From IMG/VR virus record IMGVR_UViG_3300032223_001420, positions 22,491 through 86,490 of that record: DNA of 64,000 nt, one strand, 5' to 3'. This DNA comes from a virus. The number at the start of each line of letters is the position of its first letter. Positions within the stretch are counted from its first letter, which is position 1. The notes under the pieces are model-generated. The model saw only the letters and a list, made by a program, of their open reading frames with translations, was not told the DNA's origin and made no database searches. The translations under genes and the position numbers were made by a program. Shown here piece after piece: positions 49,786 through 59,761 of this stretch.

Positions 49786-50189
49786 AAAAATTAAATGAAA
49801 ATTTCTCGGATATCTTTGATATAGAACCGATTGAAGTAGAAAAGAAAATAGAAAAACAACCATTGGCGGTTGTTGAGACTGGTGATGCTGTAATTAATGA
49901 TACCGAATTTGCTCGTAACAATATTAAACAATTGATTGATACCGGCAATAAGTCATTAGAGCAATTAGCTCTTATAGCAGATCAATCTGAACATCCACGT
50001 GCATTTGAAGTTTTAGCTGGTCTGATGAAGAACTTAGCTGATATGAATAAAGATTTATTAGAACTTCAAAAGCGCAAACGAGACTTGGCACCAAAAGAAA
50101 CAGCACCAGCAAATGGAGTGAGCATAGATAAAGCAGTGTTTGTTGGTAATACCGCCGAATTGGTAAAAATGCTTAAATCAAATAAATAG
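49782..50189 (+). CDS. gp16: Terminase small subunit
   Basis: D.EFAR.N, SEHPRAFEV, VFVGNTAEL. Confidence 0.88.
   Translation: MKKLNENFSDIFDIEPIEVEKKIEKQPLAVVETGDAVINDTEFARNNIKQLIDTGNKSLEQLALIADQSEHPRAFEVLAGLMKNLADMNKDLLELQKRKRDLAPKETAPANGVSIDKAVFVGNTAELVKMLKSNK
50182..50188 (+). promoter_or_regulatory. Late promoter (ATAAATA) upstream of dps
   Basis: aataaatagg at the gp16 stop, 8 nt before the dps ATG. Confidence 0.5.
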
Positions 50190-50196
50190 GAACACT

Positions 50197-50631
50197 ATGG
50201 AAAAACTTATCTCTCAACTCAAAACAATTCTTGGTACAAACTTTGCTTTGTATATTAAAATACATGGTTACCATTGGAACATCGAAGGTTCTAATTTTCC
50301 ACAGTATCATGAATTCTTAAATGATTTCTATGAGCAAGTGTGGGCACAGACTGATGACATCGCAGAAAAACTTCGTGCATTAGGTTCATACGCTCCAGGT
50401 TCACTTGCTCGTATGTTAGAACTAGCAGACATTCAAGAAGCATCTTCTATACCAGATGCAATGGCTATGATGCGTGATTTAGAAACCGACAATGAACGTT
50501 ACATCATTCATCTTCGTGCTGGTATCATTGCCGCTGATGCTGCTGGTGAACCTGCTGTTGGTAATTTTTTACAAGATTTGTTAGGCGCACATCAGAAAAA
50601 AGGTTGGATGTTAAAAAGCATCATAAAATAA
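50197..50631 (+). CDS. dps: Dps (DNA-binding ferritin-like protein)
   Basis: HGYHWNIEG.NF..YH...D.IAE.LR.LG ferroxidase signature; H.K..WML C-terminus. Confidence 0.9.
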   Translation: MEKLISQLKTILGTNFALYIKIHGYHWNIEGSNFPQYHEFLNDFYEQVWAQTDDIAEKLRALGSYAPGSLARMLELADIQEASSIPDAMAMMRDLETDNERYIIHLRAGIIAADAAGEPAVGNFLQDLLGAHQKKGWMLKSIIK

Positions 50632-50634
50632 ATT

Positions 50635-52266
50635 ATGGATGACGGATATTTAGGAAATTCTAGGCTCAAAAGAACTGGAACTGAACTATCCTACACGCAA
50701 GAACAAGTAGAAGAAATATTAAAGTGTACTGAAGACCCAGTATACTTTATTAAAAACTACGTCAAGATTGTCAACGTTGACCGTGGTCTTATCCCATTTG
50801 ACATGTGGGATTTTCAAGAAGACATGGTTCGTACCTTTCATGAAAATCGATTTACGATTGCAAAGATGCCCCGACAGGTTGGTAAAACAACTACCACTGT
50901 CGGGTATATGCTTTGGGCAGCAATCTTCAATGAAGAATACATGATTGGTATCCTTGCTAACAAAGGGCAGTTAGCACGTGATATTCTAAGTCGTATTCAA
51001 AAAGCATACGAATATCTACCACAATGGTTGCAACAAGGTATCATGACTTGGAACAAAGGCTCTCTTGAATTGGAGAATGGTTCTAAGATATTTGCTTACG
51101 CAACATCAGCAGCAGGTGTTCGTGGTGGTACATATAACTTGATCTTCTTGGACGAATTTGCGTTCGTTCCACACAACATGGCAGTTGAGTTCTTCACATC
51201 AACATATCCTGTTATCTCTTCTGGTCAAACATCTAAAGTAATTATCGTTTCAACTCCTAATGGATTGAATCTATTCTATAAGATGTGGACCGATGCAATC
51301 GAAGGGCGTTCGACATATAAGACTGTAGAGATTCATTGGTCACAAGTTCCTGGTCGTGATGCAAAGTGGAAAGAAGAAACGATACGGAACACATCTGAAG
51401 AACAGTTCCGACAAGAATTTGAAACTGAGTTTATTGGTTCTTCAGCCACGCTCATTTCTGGTGCAAAACTTCGTTCACTTGCATTCCATGATCCGATTGC
51501 GATGGAAGAAAACTTTAACGTTTATGAGCAACCGATGCCTAGACGATTATATATTGCTACAGTAGATTGCTCAGAAGGTGTAAATCTAGACTATTCTACT
51601 ATCAATGTAATCGATGCTACACAAGCACCATATCGGCAAGTTGCACGATACCGAAATAACAAGTTACCTTTATTGTTCTTTCCAACAGTCATCTATTCGA
51701 TTGCTAAACGTTATAACGAAGCATTCGTATTGGTAGAAACGAATAACGTAGGGCAGCAAGTAGTAGATATTCTACACTATGACCTAGAATATGAAAACAT
51801 TTATAAGACTGAGCAGCATCATATCAAAGGGCAGTCCATCTCATCAGGATTTAAAAGATCAACTTCGTTTGGTATTAAGACAACCAAGTCCGTCAAAAAG
51901 ATTGGTTGTGCCAACTTAAAGACTCTGGTGGAGAATGACAAGTTAATTATCAACGATTTTGACACAATTAACGAGATGAATACCTTTGTTCGAGTTCGGG
52001 ATTCATACGCAGCAGAAGAAGGCAGCAACGACGATATCGTTATGGGATTGGTTTTATTTGCTTGGTTGACAGCACAGACGTTCTTTAAAGACTCCACGAA
52101 CATCGATATTCGCAAAATGATGCTGGAAGAACAGAATATGTTGATTGACGAATCTATGACACCGTTTGGCTTCATAGAAGACGGATTAAGAGAAGAAGTT
52201 GAGGATGATGGCGATGACCGTTGGCATTTTGCTGAAAAGCGTGGGTTCCCAATGTCAAGATTGTAA
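50635..52266 (+). CDS. gp17: Terminase large subunit
   Basis: PRQVGKTT Walker A, IFLDEFAF Walker B, STPNG, VD..EG, DD.VM nuclease residues. Confidence 0.96.
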   Translation: MDDGYLGNSRLKRTGTELSYTQEQVEEILKCTEDPVYFIKNYVKIVNVDRGLIPFDMWDFQEDMVRTFHENRFTIAKMPRQVGKTTTTVGYMLWAAIFNEEYMIGILANKGQLARDILSRIQKAYEYLPQWLQQGIMTWNKGSLELENGSKIFAYATSAAGVRGGTYNLIFLDEFAFVPHNMAVEFFTSTYPVISSGQTSKVIIVSTPNGLNLFYKMWTDAIEGRSTYKTVEIHWSQVPGRDAKWKEETIRNTSEEQFRQEFETEFIGSSATLISGAKLRSLAFHDPIAMEENFNVYEQPMPRRLYIATVDCSEGVNLDYSTINVIDATQAPYRQVARYRNNKLPLLFFPTVIYSIAKRYNEAFVLVETNNVGQQVVDILHYDLEYENIYKTEQHHIKGQSISSGFKRSTSFGIKTTKSVKKIGCANLKTLVENDKLIINDFDTINEMNTFVRVRDSYAAEEGSNDDIVMGLVLFAWLTAQTFFKDSTNIDIRKMMLEEQNMLIDESMTPFGFIEDGLREEVEDDGDDRWHFAEKRGFPMSRL

Positions 52267-52320
52267 AAAACTAAATACAGTATCAAAGACAATTGACCCA
52301 ACAATTAAAGGAGAAATCCA

Positions 52321-54018
52321 ATGGCATTTCAATTATCAGCTGGAGTAAATGTATCAGAAATCGATCTGACTACAGTTATTCCTTCCGTGGCCACATCTAT
52401 TGGCGCTTTCGTAGGACCTTTTGCTTGGGGACCAGCTAGTGAAATCACAACTATTTCCGATGAAGTTCGTTTAGTAGACGCATTCGGTAAACCAGACTCA
52501 ACAAATTATGAATATTGGTTCTCAGCAGCAAACTTTCTTGCATACGGAAACAACTTAAAAGTAGTTCGTGCAATCAATACTTCAACATCCAAAAACGCTA
52601 CAGCAAATGGACAAGGCGCATTAATCAAGAATACCGATGACTGGAATTCAAACTGGTCATCTTTATCCGATGGTTCTTACAACGGTTTTGCTGCTCGTTA
52701 TCCTGGTGCATTAGGAAACTCTATCATCGTTTCTATGGCAGACTCGTTGGGATGGAGTAGCTGGGCATACAAATCACAATTTACTGCACAACCAAATACA
52801 TCTTCTTATGTGTTCAACAGAAGCGGTTTGACTTCTAACGATGAAGTTCACGTTGTTGTTGTTGACGCTAACGGTTCATTCTCTGGTACTGCTGGTACAG
52901 TTCTTGAGAAATATGCATTCGTATCTAAAGCATCCGATGCAAAAGACGATTCAGGAAATGCAAATTACTACAAAAACGTTATTGCTTCAAAATCAAAATA
53001 CGTTCATTGGGTAGCACATCCACCTACTGGTAGTTTGAGTGCTGGTACCGCATGGGGTACAGCAGCAAATGCTTCAGTCTATAAATCTCTTACATCAGCT
53101 ACAACTTATCAGTTTTCTGGTGGTGTTGATGGCTCAATCAGCACATCACAAATTACTACTGGTTGGGATAAGTTCAACAATGCAGAAGCAGTTGATGTGT
53201 CGTTGCTAGTAACAGGTTCTGGTGATGCTACTGTCGCTGGTTATGTTATCAGCAATATCGCAGAATCACGTAAAGATTGCGTAGCATTTATTTCGCCAAC
53301 CGCAGCAAGTGTCGTAAACAATCCAGGTAATGAAGCATCATCAGCAGTTACTTTCCGTAACGGTTTGACTTCATCTTCATATGCTGTAATCGATTCTGGT
53401 TACAAATACCAGTATGACAAATATGCAGACTTGTATCGTTGGATTCCTCTGAATGGTGACATTGCAGGTCTGTGCGTTCGTACCGACAATGAGCGTGATC
53501 CTTGGTTCTCACCTGGCGGTTTGAATCGTGGTGTAATTAAAAACGTAGTTAAACTTGCATGGAACCCAAACAAAACTGATCGTGATACTCTGTATGTTGC
53601 AGGTATTAATCCAGTCGTTTCATTCCCTGGTCAAGGAACAGTTCTATTTGGCGACAAAACAATGTTAGCTAAACCAAGCGCATTTGATCGCATTAATGTT
53701 CGTCGTTTGTTTATTGTACTTGAAAAAGCAATTAGCCGTGCAGCACGTTTTTCATTGTTTGAATTTAATGATCAATTCACACGTGCCCAGTTTGTTTCAA
53801 TTGTAGAGCCATTCCTGCGTGATGTTCAAGGTCGTCGTGGTATCACTGACTTCCGTGTAGTCTGCGATGATACAAACAATACAAGTCAAGTAATTGATTC
53901 GAATCAGTTTGTTGGTGACATTTATATTAAACCCGCACGTTCAATCAACTTCATCCAGTTGAACTTTGTCGCTGTTCGTTCAGGCGTATCGTTCAATGAA
54001 GTTGTAGGATCGTTCTAA
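52321..54018 (+). CDS. gp18: Tail sheath protein
   Basis: GVNVSEIDLT, PWFSPGG.NRG, FDRINVRRLF, KPARSINFI.LNF; preceded by ACTAAATA at 52270. Confidence 0.96.
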   Translation: MAFQLSAGVNVSEIDLTTVIPSVATSIGAFVGPFAWGPASEITTISDEVRLVDAFGKPDSTNYEYWFSAANFLAYGNNLKVVRAINTSTSKNATANGQGALIKNTDDWNSNWSSLSDGSYNGFAARYPGALGNSIIVSMADSLGWSSWAYKSQFTAQPNTSSYVFNRSGLTSNDEVHVVVVDANGSFSGTAGTVLEKYAFVSKASDAKDDSGNANYYKNVIASKSKYVHWVAHPPTGSLSAGTAWGTAANASVYKSLTSATTYQFSGGVDGSISTSQITTGWDKFNNAEAVDVSLLVTGSGDATVAGYVISNIAESRKDCVAFISPTAASVVNNPGNEASSAVTFRNGLTSSSYAVIDSGYKYQYDKYADLYRWIPLNGDIAGLCVRTDNERDPWFSPGGLNRGVIKNVVKLAWNPNKTDRDTLYVAGINPVVSFPGQGTVLFGDKTMLAKPSAFDRINVRRLFIVLEKAISRAARFSLFEFNDQFTRAQFVSIVEPFLRDVQGRRGITDFRVVCDDTNNTSQVIDSNQFVGDIYIKPARSINFIQLNFVAVRSGVSFNEVVGSF

Positions 54019-54042
54019 ATAAAGAGAAACAGGAGAAAATAA

Positions 54043-54588
54043 ATGGCATTTAATGTAAATCAGTTCCGTTCACAGTTACAAGGTGACGGTGCCCGCCCAA
54101 ATCTATTTGAGGTAAGTATGCCGTTTCCTGCGTTCTCATTACCAGGAAACGCACAAACTAAATTAACGTTTATGTGTAAGACTGCTCAACTGCCAGGCTC
54201 AACAGTTAATGTTGTGCCTATGCAGTATTTTGGACGTGAATTAAAGTTTGCGGGTAATCGTACTTTTGCTGACTGGACAATTACAGTTATCAATGATGAA
54301 GACTTTGTAATTCGTAATGCATTTGAACGTTGGTTAAGTGGCATCAATAGTCACAATCTAAACCTTCGTAATCCAATTGCTGCAACACCATCAAGTTATA
54401 CTGTAGATGGACAAGTTACACAATTTGGTAAAGCAGGCAACACATTGAAGCAATATAAGTTTGTTGGTTTGTTCCCAACAGATGTAACTCCAATCGACGT
54501 TGATTGGGGTTCAAATGACGCAATTGAAGAATTTTCTGTTACGTTCTCCTACCAGTGGTGGGAAGCAGCCGCAACAGGCGTGATCTAA
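54043..54588 (+). CDS. gp19: Tail tube protein
   Basis: GARPNLFEV, AGNRTFADWTITVINDEDF..R..FE.W, IEEFSVTF.Y. Confidence 0.95.
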   Translation: MAFNVNQFRSQLQGDGARPNLFEVSMPFPAFSLPGNAQTKLTFMCKTAQLPGSTVNVVPMQYFGRELKFAGNRTFADWTITVINDEDFVIRNAFERWLSGINSHNLNLRNPIAATPSSYTVDGQVTQFGKAGNTLKQYKFVGLFPTDVTPIDVDWGSNDAIEEFSVTFSYQWWEAAATGVI

Positions 54589-54613
54589 GGGTTGGGGATT
54601 TTCCCCAACTTTT
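54588..54613 (+). terminator. Rho-independent terminator after gp19
   Basis: gttgggga-ttt-tccccaac followed by tttt. Confidence 0.7.
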
Positions 54614-54633
54614 ATCTTTAGGATGAAAGATTA

Positions 54634-56304
54634 ATGGCAATAAAACTATTCGGCTTTACCCTAGGCTCAAAGGATGTCGTTCAGAAAGAAAATCCTGAAC
54701 AATCATCCTTTGCTTTGCCTACGGCTGCAATCGATGACGGTGCAGTTACCGTCACACAAAATGCTTATTATGGAACCTACGTTGACTTAGAAGGTTCAGT
54801 GCGTAATGAGATAGAACTAATCACTCGTTATCGTGAAATGTCTAATCACCCAGAATTAGATATGGCAATCGATGAGATTGTCAACGAAGCGATCTCTCAC
54901 GATGAAGCAGGTAAAGTTTGTGATATCGTAATGGATAATCTCAACCAACCCGAATCAATCAAAAAGAAAATAAACGAAGAGTTTCAAACTGTCTTAAAGA
55001 TGTTGAACTTTTCAAATCTTGCGGATGACTTATTCAAACGTTGGTACATTGATGGACGATTATTCTATCATGTTATAGTCAACGATAAGAATCCAAAAGA
55101 AGGTATTCAAGAACTAAGATACATTGATCCACGTAAGATTCGTAAAGTCCGTGAGATCAAAAAAGATCGTGATCCAAAAACAGGCGCACAGATTATTGTA
55201 TCTACCGCAGAGTATTATGTCTACAATGATAAAGGGCAGACTACTCAAACATTCACATCAAATGTAGGTCAAGGCATTCGTATTGCACCAGATTCAATTA
55301 TCAACGTAAACTCTGGTTTGATGGATGCAAAGAATACGTTTGTTATTTCATATCTACACAAGGCAATCAAACCACTCAACCAACTTAGAATGATTGAGGA
55401 TGCGATTGTTATCTATCGTATTAGTCGTGCACCAGAACGCCGTATATTCTACATCGACGTTGGTAACTTACCACGTGGTAAAGCAGAACAATACTTGCGT
55501 GATGTTATGGTCAAGTATCGTAACAAAATGGTCTACGATGCTAACACTGGTGAACTTCGTGATGAACGTAAGCACATGTCGATGCTGGAAGATTTTTGGT
55601 TGCCCCGCCGTGAAGGTGGTAAAGGTACAGAGATTACGACACTACCAGCAGGCCAGAACTTAGGTGAATTAGAAGATGTTAAATACTTCCAAAAGAAACT
55701 ATTACAGTGCTTGAATGTACCCTATTCAAGACTTGAAGAAAATGGTGGTGGCTTTGCTGGTATGGGTCGTTCACAAGAAGTTACCCGTGACGAACTAAAG
55801 TTTGCAAAGTTTGTTTCTAGACTTCGTAATAAATTTACACAGTTATTTGATCATGCTTTAAAAACACAATTAGTCCTTAAAGGTATTTGTACATCGGACG
55901 AGTGGGAAGATTTCAAAGAAGATATTTACTATGACTTCCAAAAAGACAATAACTTTACTGAACTTCGTGCCGCAGAGTTGTTGCAGAATCGTTTGCAGAT
56001 GTTGCAATTAGTTGATCCATATATTGGTCGTTACTTCTCTAATCATTACATCAAGAACAAGATTCTGATGATGACTGATGAAGAGATTGAAAAGATGGAT
56101 GAACAGATCGCAGAAGAAAAAGAAACATTACCTGATGATATGCAGGGACCAATAGTGAATGCACCACAAGGCGGTGCTGATGCAAATGAGTACCCACCAG
56201 AAGATAATACTGCCGAAAATAGTGATCAAGAAGAATCGCAAACGCCAGCTCTTGATGATGAGGTAAACAAAACTGTTGCTAACATAAATACTAAACGCAA
56301 ATAG
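54634..56304 (+). CDS. gp20: Portal vertex protein
   Basis: YRISRAPERRIFYIDVGNLP..KAEQY, EDFWLPRREGGKGTEITTLP. Confidence 0.97.
   Translation: MAIKLFGFTLGSKDVVQKENPEQSSFALPTAAIDDGAVTVTQNAYYGTYVDLEGSVRNEIELITRYREMSNHPELDMAIDEIVNEAISHDEAGKVCDIVMDNLNQPESIKKKINEEFQTVLKMLNFSNLADDLFKRWYIDGRLFYHVIVNDKNPKEGIQELRYIDPRKIRKVREIKKDRDPKTGAQIIVSTAEYYVYNDKGQTTQTFTSNVGQGIRIAPDSIINVNSGLMDAKNTFVISYLHKAIKPLNQLRMIEDAIVIYRISRAPERRIFYIDVGNLPRGKAEQYLRDVMVKYRNKMVYDANTGELRDERKHMSMLEDFWLPRREGGKGTEITTLPAGQNLGELEDVKYFQKKLLQCLNVPYSRLEENGGGFAGMGRSQEVTRDELKFAKFVSRLRNKFTQLFDHALKTQLVLKGICTSDEWEDFKEDIYYDFQKDNNFTELRAAELLQNRLQMLQLVDPYIGRYFSNHYIKNKILMMTDEEIEKMDEQIAEEKETLPDDMQGPIVNAPQGGADANEYPPEDNTAENSDQEESQTPALDDEVNKTVANINTKRK
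56284..56290 (+). promoter_or_regulatory. Late promoter (ATAAATA) for the prohead core genes
   Basis: Within the gp20 3' end, followed by a GGAG RBS. Confidence 0.55.
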
Positions 56305-56312
56305 GAGTCGTT

Positions 56313-56522
56313 ATGGATATTCAAGATATAATTAACAGTATCGCAGCAGGTGAAAACGCTGCTGCAAAACAAGGACTAGAAGATGTCTTATCAGCGAAAG
56401 CGTTCGATGCGCTCCAAGGTCGCAAACAAGAAATCGCTTCTACTTTATATGCTGGGCAAGAAGAGCAACCAGAAGAAGTTACAAGCGACGAAGAAGCTGA
56501 AGAAGAAATAGCAGAAGAATGA
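56313..56522 (+). CDS. Prohead core protein gp67-like
   Basis: Small and acidic, directly after the portal; L..KA...L..RK.EIA..L. Confidence 0.7.
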   Translation: MDIQDIINSIAAGENAAAKQGLEDVLSAKAFDALQGRKQEIASTLYAGQEEQPEEVTSDEEAEEEIAEE

Positions 56523-57196
56523 AATCGTTACTAGACTTTAAAACTATCACTGAAGAAGAGAAGAAAGACTATTCAAAGTTTGATGCTCTTGTTCGTGCAG
56601 GTTTAGCAAACAAAGCACAGGTACAGCGTATTCATAAAATACTGGATAAGATGGGTGAAGAAAAACCCAATTTTAATCCCGCTGACCGTGCCATAATGCA
56701 GAACTTGTTTAATCGTATGGTAGATTTAATTTCTAATAATAAACAGATTAATACCAAAGCAAAACAAGTTGTTCGTGAAGATTTAAATGAATCAACAAGT
56801 TCACCATTAGTACCAGTACCACCAATCATTTTAGTAATCAAACGCAAAGCGGTAAGATTATATCCAGATGGTACTCGCATTGCTTTGTATTACAGCGATA
56901 AAATGAATAGGTACTTCAGTGTGCCATTTGGAACACCAGTCGCAGATATATCTGGTGTACAAGCAGAAAGTTTTATTAACGAATTAAAATCGACAAGTAA
57001 ACTTACTGAAGATACTACTTTAGAACTACGTGATGGTAGCCAAGTAGAAATGGACGCCGTAATGGCTGAACACATCATTTATGCTTATGATGAATTACAA
57101 GAAGAGAACAAAGAAAAGTTTATAGACCTATTAACAAGTTCAGCAGAGAATTTTGACAAAGCATATGAGTTTTGTAGATCACATTATTCAGTCTAG
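56519..57196 (+). CDS. Putative prohead core/internal head protein
   Basis: In the head cluster; N-terminus MKSLLDFKTITEE resembles the T4 capsid-targeting sequence. Confidence 0.5.
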   Translation: MKSLLDFKTITEEEKKDYSKFDALVRAGLANKAQVQRIHKILDKMGEEKPNFNPADRAIMQNLFNRMVDLISNNKQINTKAKQVVREDLNESTSSPLVPVPPIILVIKRKAVRLYPDGTRIALYYSDKMNRYFSVPFGTPVADISGVQAESFINELKSTSKLTEDTTLELRDGSQVEMDAVMAEHIIYAYDELQEENKEKFIDLLTSSAENFDKAYEFCRSHYSV

Positions 57197-57614
57197 ACTG
57201 GAAGAAGCCCGTGAGGCTTTGTTTGCACGTTTAGATGAAATAGTTTCTGAGAAATTAGAAGCAGCAAAAGCATTTGTGGTTGATGCAATGTTTGAAGAAG
57301 TTGAATGGGAAGATTTGGATGAAGCAACAAATAATCCAAACGTTGTTAAGATGGGTCGTGTATTAAAAGTTCGTAAACGTATTCGTCGCAACACCAAAGG
57401 TAGAATCATAGTACAACGTAATGTTCGCAAATCGGGCATTAAAGGTTACAAGCTGTCAGGTAATACAGTTCGTAAAATACCTGCGACAGTAAGAATATCA
57501 AAAGCACGAAAACTAAAACGTTCGTGGAAAACAACAAGAAGAGCAAAACTCAAACGTACATTGATAAAAAGAAAGATGTCGATGAAACGAAGAGTATCTA
57601 TAGGACTAAAGTAA
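57165..57614 (+). CDS. Prohead core protein gp68-like
   Basis: Likely ATG at 57165; acidic N-half and strongly basic C-half ending RKMSMKRRVSIGLK, as in T4 gp68. Confidence 0.7.
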   Translation: MSFVDHIIQSRLEEAREALFARLDEIVSEKLEAAKAFVVDAMFEEVEWEDLDEATNNPNVVKMGRVLKVRKRIRRNTKGRIIVQRNVRKSGIKGYKLSGNTVRKIPATVRISKARKLKRSWKTTRRAKLKRTLIKRKMSMKRRVSIGLK

Positions 57615-57615
57615 A

Positions 57616-57969
57616 ATGCCAATAGCAATTAACAATACGGTTAGAAACACATCTATTATTAGGGTTGTTGATCCTGGTACATACTACGTTAATGTTTCTG
57701 ATTTAAGTGCAAACTCAAGCCTTGAGACTGTAAACTCTTTTGATATCAAGAGAGTTTATTGGTCAACAAATGGAAATATTAACCTTGTTCGCAACGGTAA
57801 TATTATTTTCTCAGTTCATAATGCAGGTGAATTCCGCCTAGATGATTTGGGTTACACATTTGCAAATAACAATACTCAAAATGCAGTTATAACTATTGTT
57901 ACTGGCGGCACTCTTATTATGGAATTGAGTAAAGAAGCAGTATATTCATCTGATCCATACGCAAGGTAA
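57616..57969 (+). CDS. Hypothetical head-associated protein
   Basis: 117 aa beta-rich ORF between the gp68-like gene and gp21. Confidence 0.5.
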   Translation: MPIAINNTVRNTSIIRVVDPGTYYVNVSDLSANSSLETVNSFDIKRVYWSTNGNINLVRNGNIIFSVHNAGEFRLDDLGYTFANNNTQNAVITIVTGGTLIMELSKEAVYSSDPYAR

Positions 57970-57972
57970 ACC

Positions 57973-58623
57973 ATGAAACTAATTAAAGAACATATAGAAG
58001 AGGTTAGATACCTCACAGAAACCACTGAGAGTGGTAAAAAGAACATGTACATCGAAGGTCGTTTTCTGGTTGGCGATGAAGTCAATCGTAATAACCGTAT
58101 GTACAAAATGGATACGCTTCGTCAAGAAGTTGCACGTTACACTAAAGAGTATATCGATTATAATCGTGCCCTTGGTGAACTAGGACATCCAGATACTCCA
58201 TCGCTGAATCTAGAGCGTGTGTCACACAAGATTGTAAGTCTAGTAGAAGATGGTAATACATTCCGTGGTAAAGCACTTGTATTGGATACACCATATGGAC
58301 AGATCGTCAAGAATTTTATTGATTCAGATATTAACCTTGGTGTATCTAGTCGTGCTATGGGTTCTGTTGTAATGACCAAAGAAGGTTACAATCTGGTACA
58401 AGATGATTTGCGTCTTGCTACAGCAGCCGACATCGTTGCTGACCCATCTGCTCCTGGTGCTTTCGTTCAGGGTATTATGGAAAATAAAGAATGGTTGTTT
58501 GTCGAAGGACGTTTTGTTGAGGTGGATTACGACAACGCTAAGAGACAAATTCGTGCTGCATCGTCCCGTCAGATAGAGGACGTTGCGCTCAAACTGTTTG
58601 AAAATTACCTATCTAAACTTTAA
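57973..58623 (+). CDS. gp21: Prohead protease
   Basis: NRNNRMY, ALGELGHP, GVSSRAMGS, DIVADPSAPGAFV. Confidence 0.96.
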   Translation: MKLIKEHIEEVRYLTETTESGKKNMYIEGRFLVGDEVNRNNRMYKMDTLRQEVARYTKEYIDYNRALGELGHPDTPSLNLERVSHKIVSLVEDGNTFRGKALVLDTPYGQIVKNFIDSDINLGVSSRAMGSVVMTKEGYNLVQDDLRLATAADIVADPSAPGAFVQGIMENKEWLFVEGRFVEVDYDNAKRQIRAASSRQIEDVALKLFENYLSKL

Positions 58624-58627
58624 AATT

Positions 58628-58635
58628 TATAAATA
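58628..58635 (+). promoter_or_regulatory. T4 late promoter TATAAATA for gp22-gp23
   Basis: Exact consensus, followed by AAGGAG RBS. Confidence 0.8.
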
Positions 58636-58657
58636 AGAAATCATAAGGAGATATCCA

Positions 58658-59743
58658 ATGGCAACAACTAAACTACTGGAAGCCGCTGCGGAAATTCTTG
58701 CTGGAAGCAAGAAGTCTGCTCCTGGTATGCCAATGCAAAAACCTGAAGGCGCTAAGATTCACGATGCTGGTGGACCTACACCTCAGAATTACAAGTACGA
58801 TGATGATTCTGCTAAAGTCAATCCATCTGATGGTTCACCAGGCAATGCAGCAGCCCCAACAAATAAACCTTCAGCCGCAACTTCCGATACTCAATTGGGT
58901 AATGGTAAGCTGAAACTAGGTACTGGTAAAGCTACTATGGAACAGACCGAAGAAGATGAAGATGTTATGGCTGAAGAACAAGTCGAAGAGGCTTGGAAAT
59001 CAATGAAGAAAAAGATGAAAGAAGATGTCGATGCTTTGTTTGCAGAAGATGCTAATATCTCTGAAGACTTTAAAACAAAAGCAGCGACCATTTTTGAAGC
59101 ACGTGTTTTAGACCGTGTTACACAAATTCAAGAAGAACTTGAAAGTGAATACGCTTCGGTTCTTGAAGAAGCTGTTGAACAAATCAAATCCGATTTAACA
59201 GAGAAGGTAGATGACTACCTGAACTACGTAGTAGAACAGTGGATGGACGAAAACCAAATCGCTATTGAGAGTGGTCTGCGTTCTGAAATCACAGAAGATT
59301 TTATCGCTGGTTTGCGTAATCTGTTTGCAGAAAATTATATCAATGTTCCAGAAGACAAAGTTGACCTAGTTGAAGAGTTGGCTTCTAAAGTAGAAGAACT
59401 CGAAATTAAGTTGAACGAAGAAATCGAAACAAATATTGAATATAAAAAGGCTTTAACAGAAGCAATTAAAGAACAACTGACCGTAGAAGTATGTGAAGGT
59501 TTGACCGCAACTCAAGTTGAAAAGATTAAATCACTCGCAGAGAGTGTTGACTTCTCCACAGAGGAAGAGTTCAAAGAGAAACTTGAAACGTTGCGTGAAA
59601 ACTATTTCCCATCTGGCGTAAAGAAAGCCAATGTTGCACAACTTCACGAACACGTTGAAGATACCGACGGACAAAAGAAGCCAGTAAGTGCTGATCCTTT
59701 TATTGCCGCAGTATCACAAGCGATTTCGAAAACAAGAATTTAA
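58658..59743 (+). CDS. gp22: Prohead scaffold protein
   Basis: FKTKAATIFEA, KVDDYLNYVVEQW, LRENYF; acidic coiled coil. Confidence 0.93.
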   Translation: MATTKLLEAAAEILAGSKKSAPGMPMQKPEGAKIHDAGGPTPQNYKYDDDSAKVNPSDGSPGNAAAPTNKPSAATSDTQLGNGKLKLGTGKATMEQTEEDEDVMAEEQVEEAWKSMKKKMKEDVDALFAEDANISEDFKTKAATIFEARVLDRVTQIQEELESEYASVLEEAVEQIKSDLTEKVDDYLNYVVEQWMDENQIAIESGLRSEITEDFIAGLRNLFAENYINVPEDKVDLVEELASKVEELEIKLNEEIETNIEYKKALTEAIKEQLTVEVCEGLTATQVEKIKSLAESVDFSTEEEFKEKLETLRENYFPSGVKKANVAQLHEHVEDTDGQKKPVSADPFIAAVSQAISKTRI

Positions 59744-59761
59744 TAAAACAAGGAGATACAA

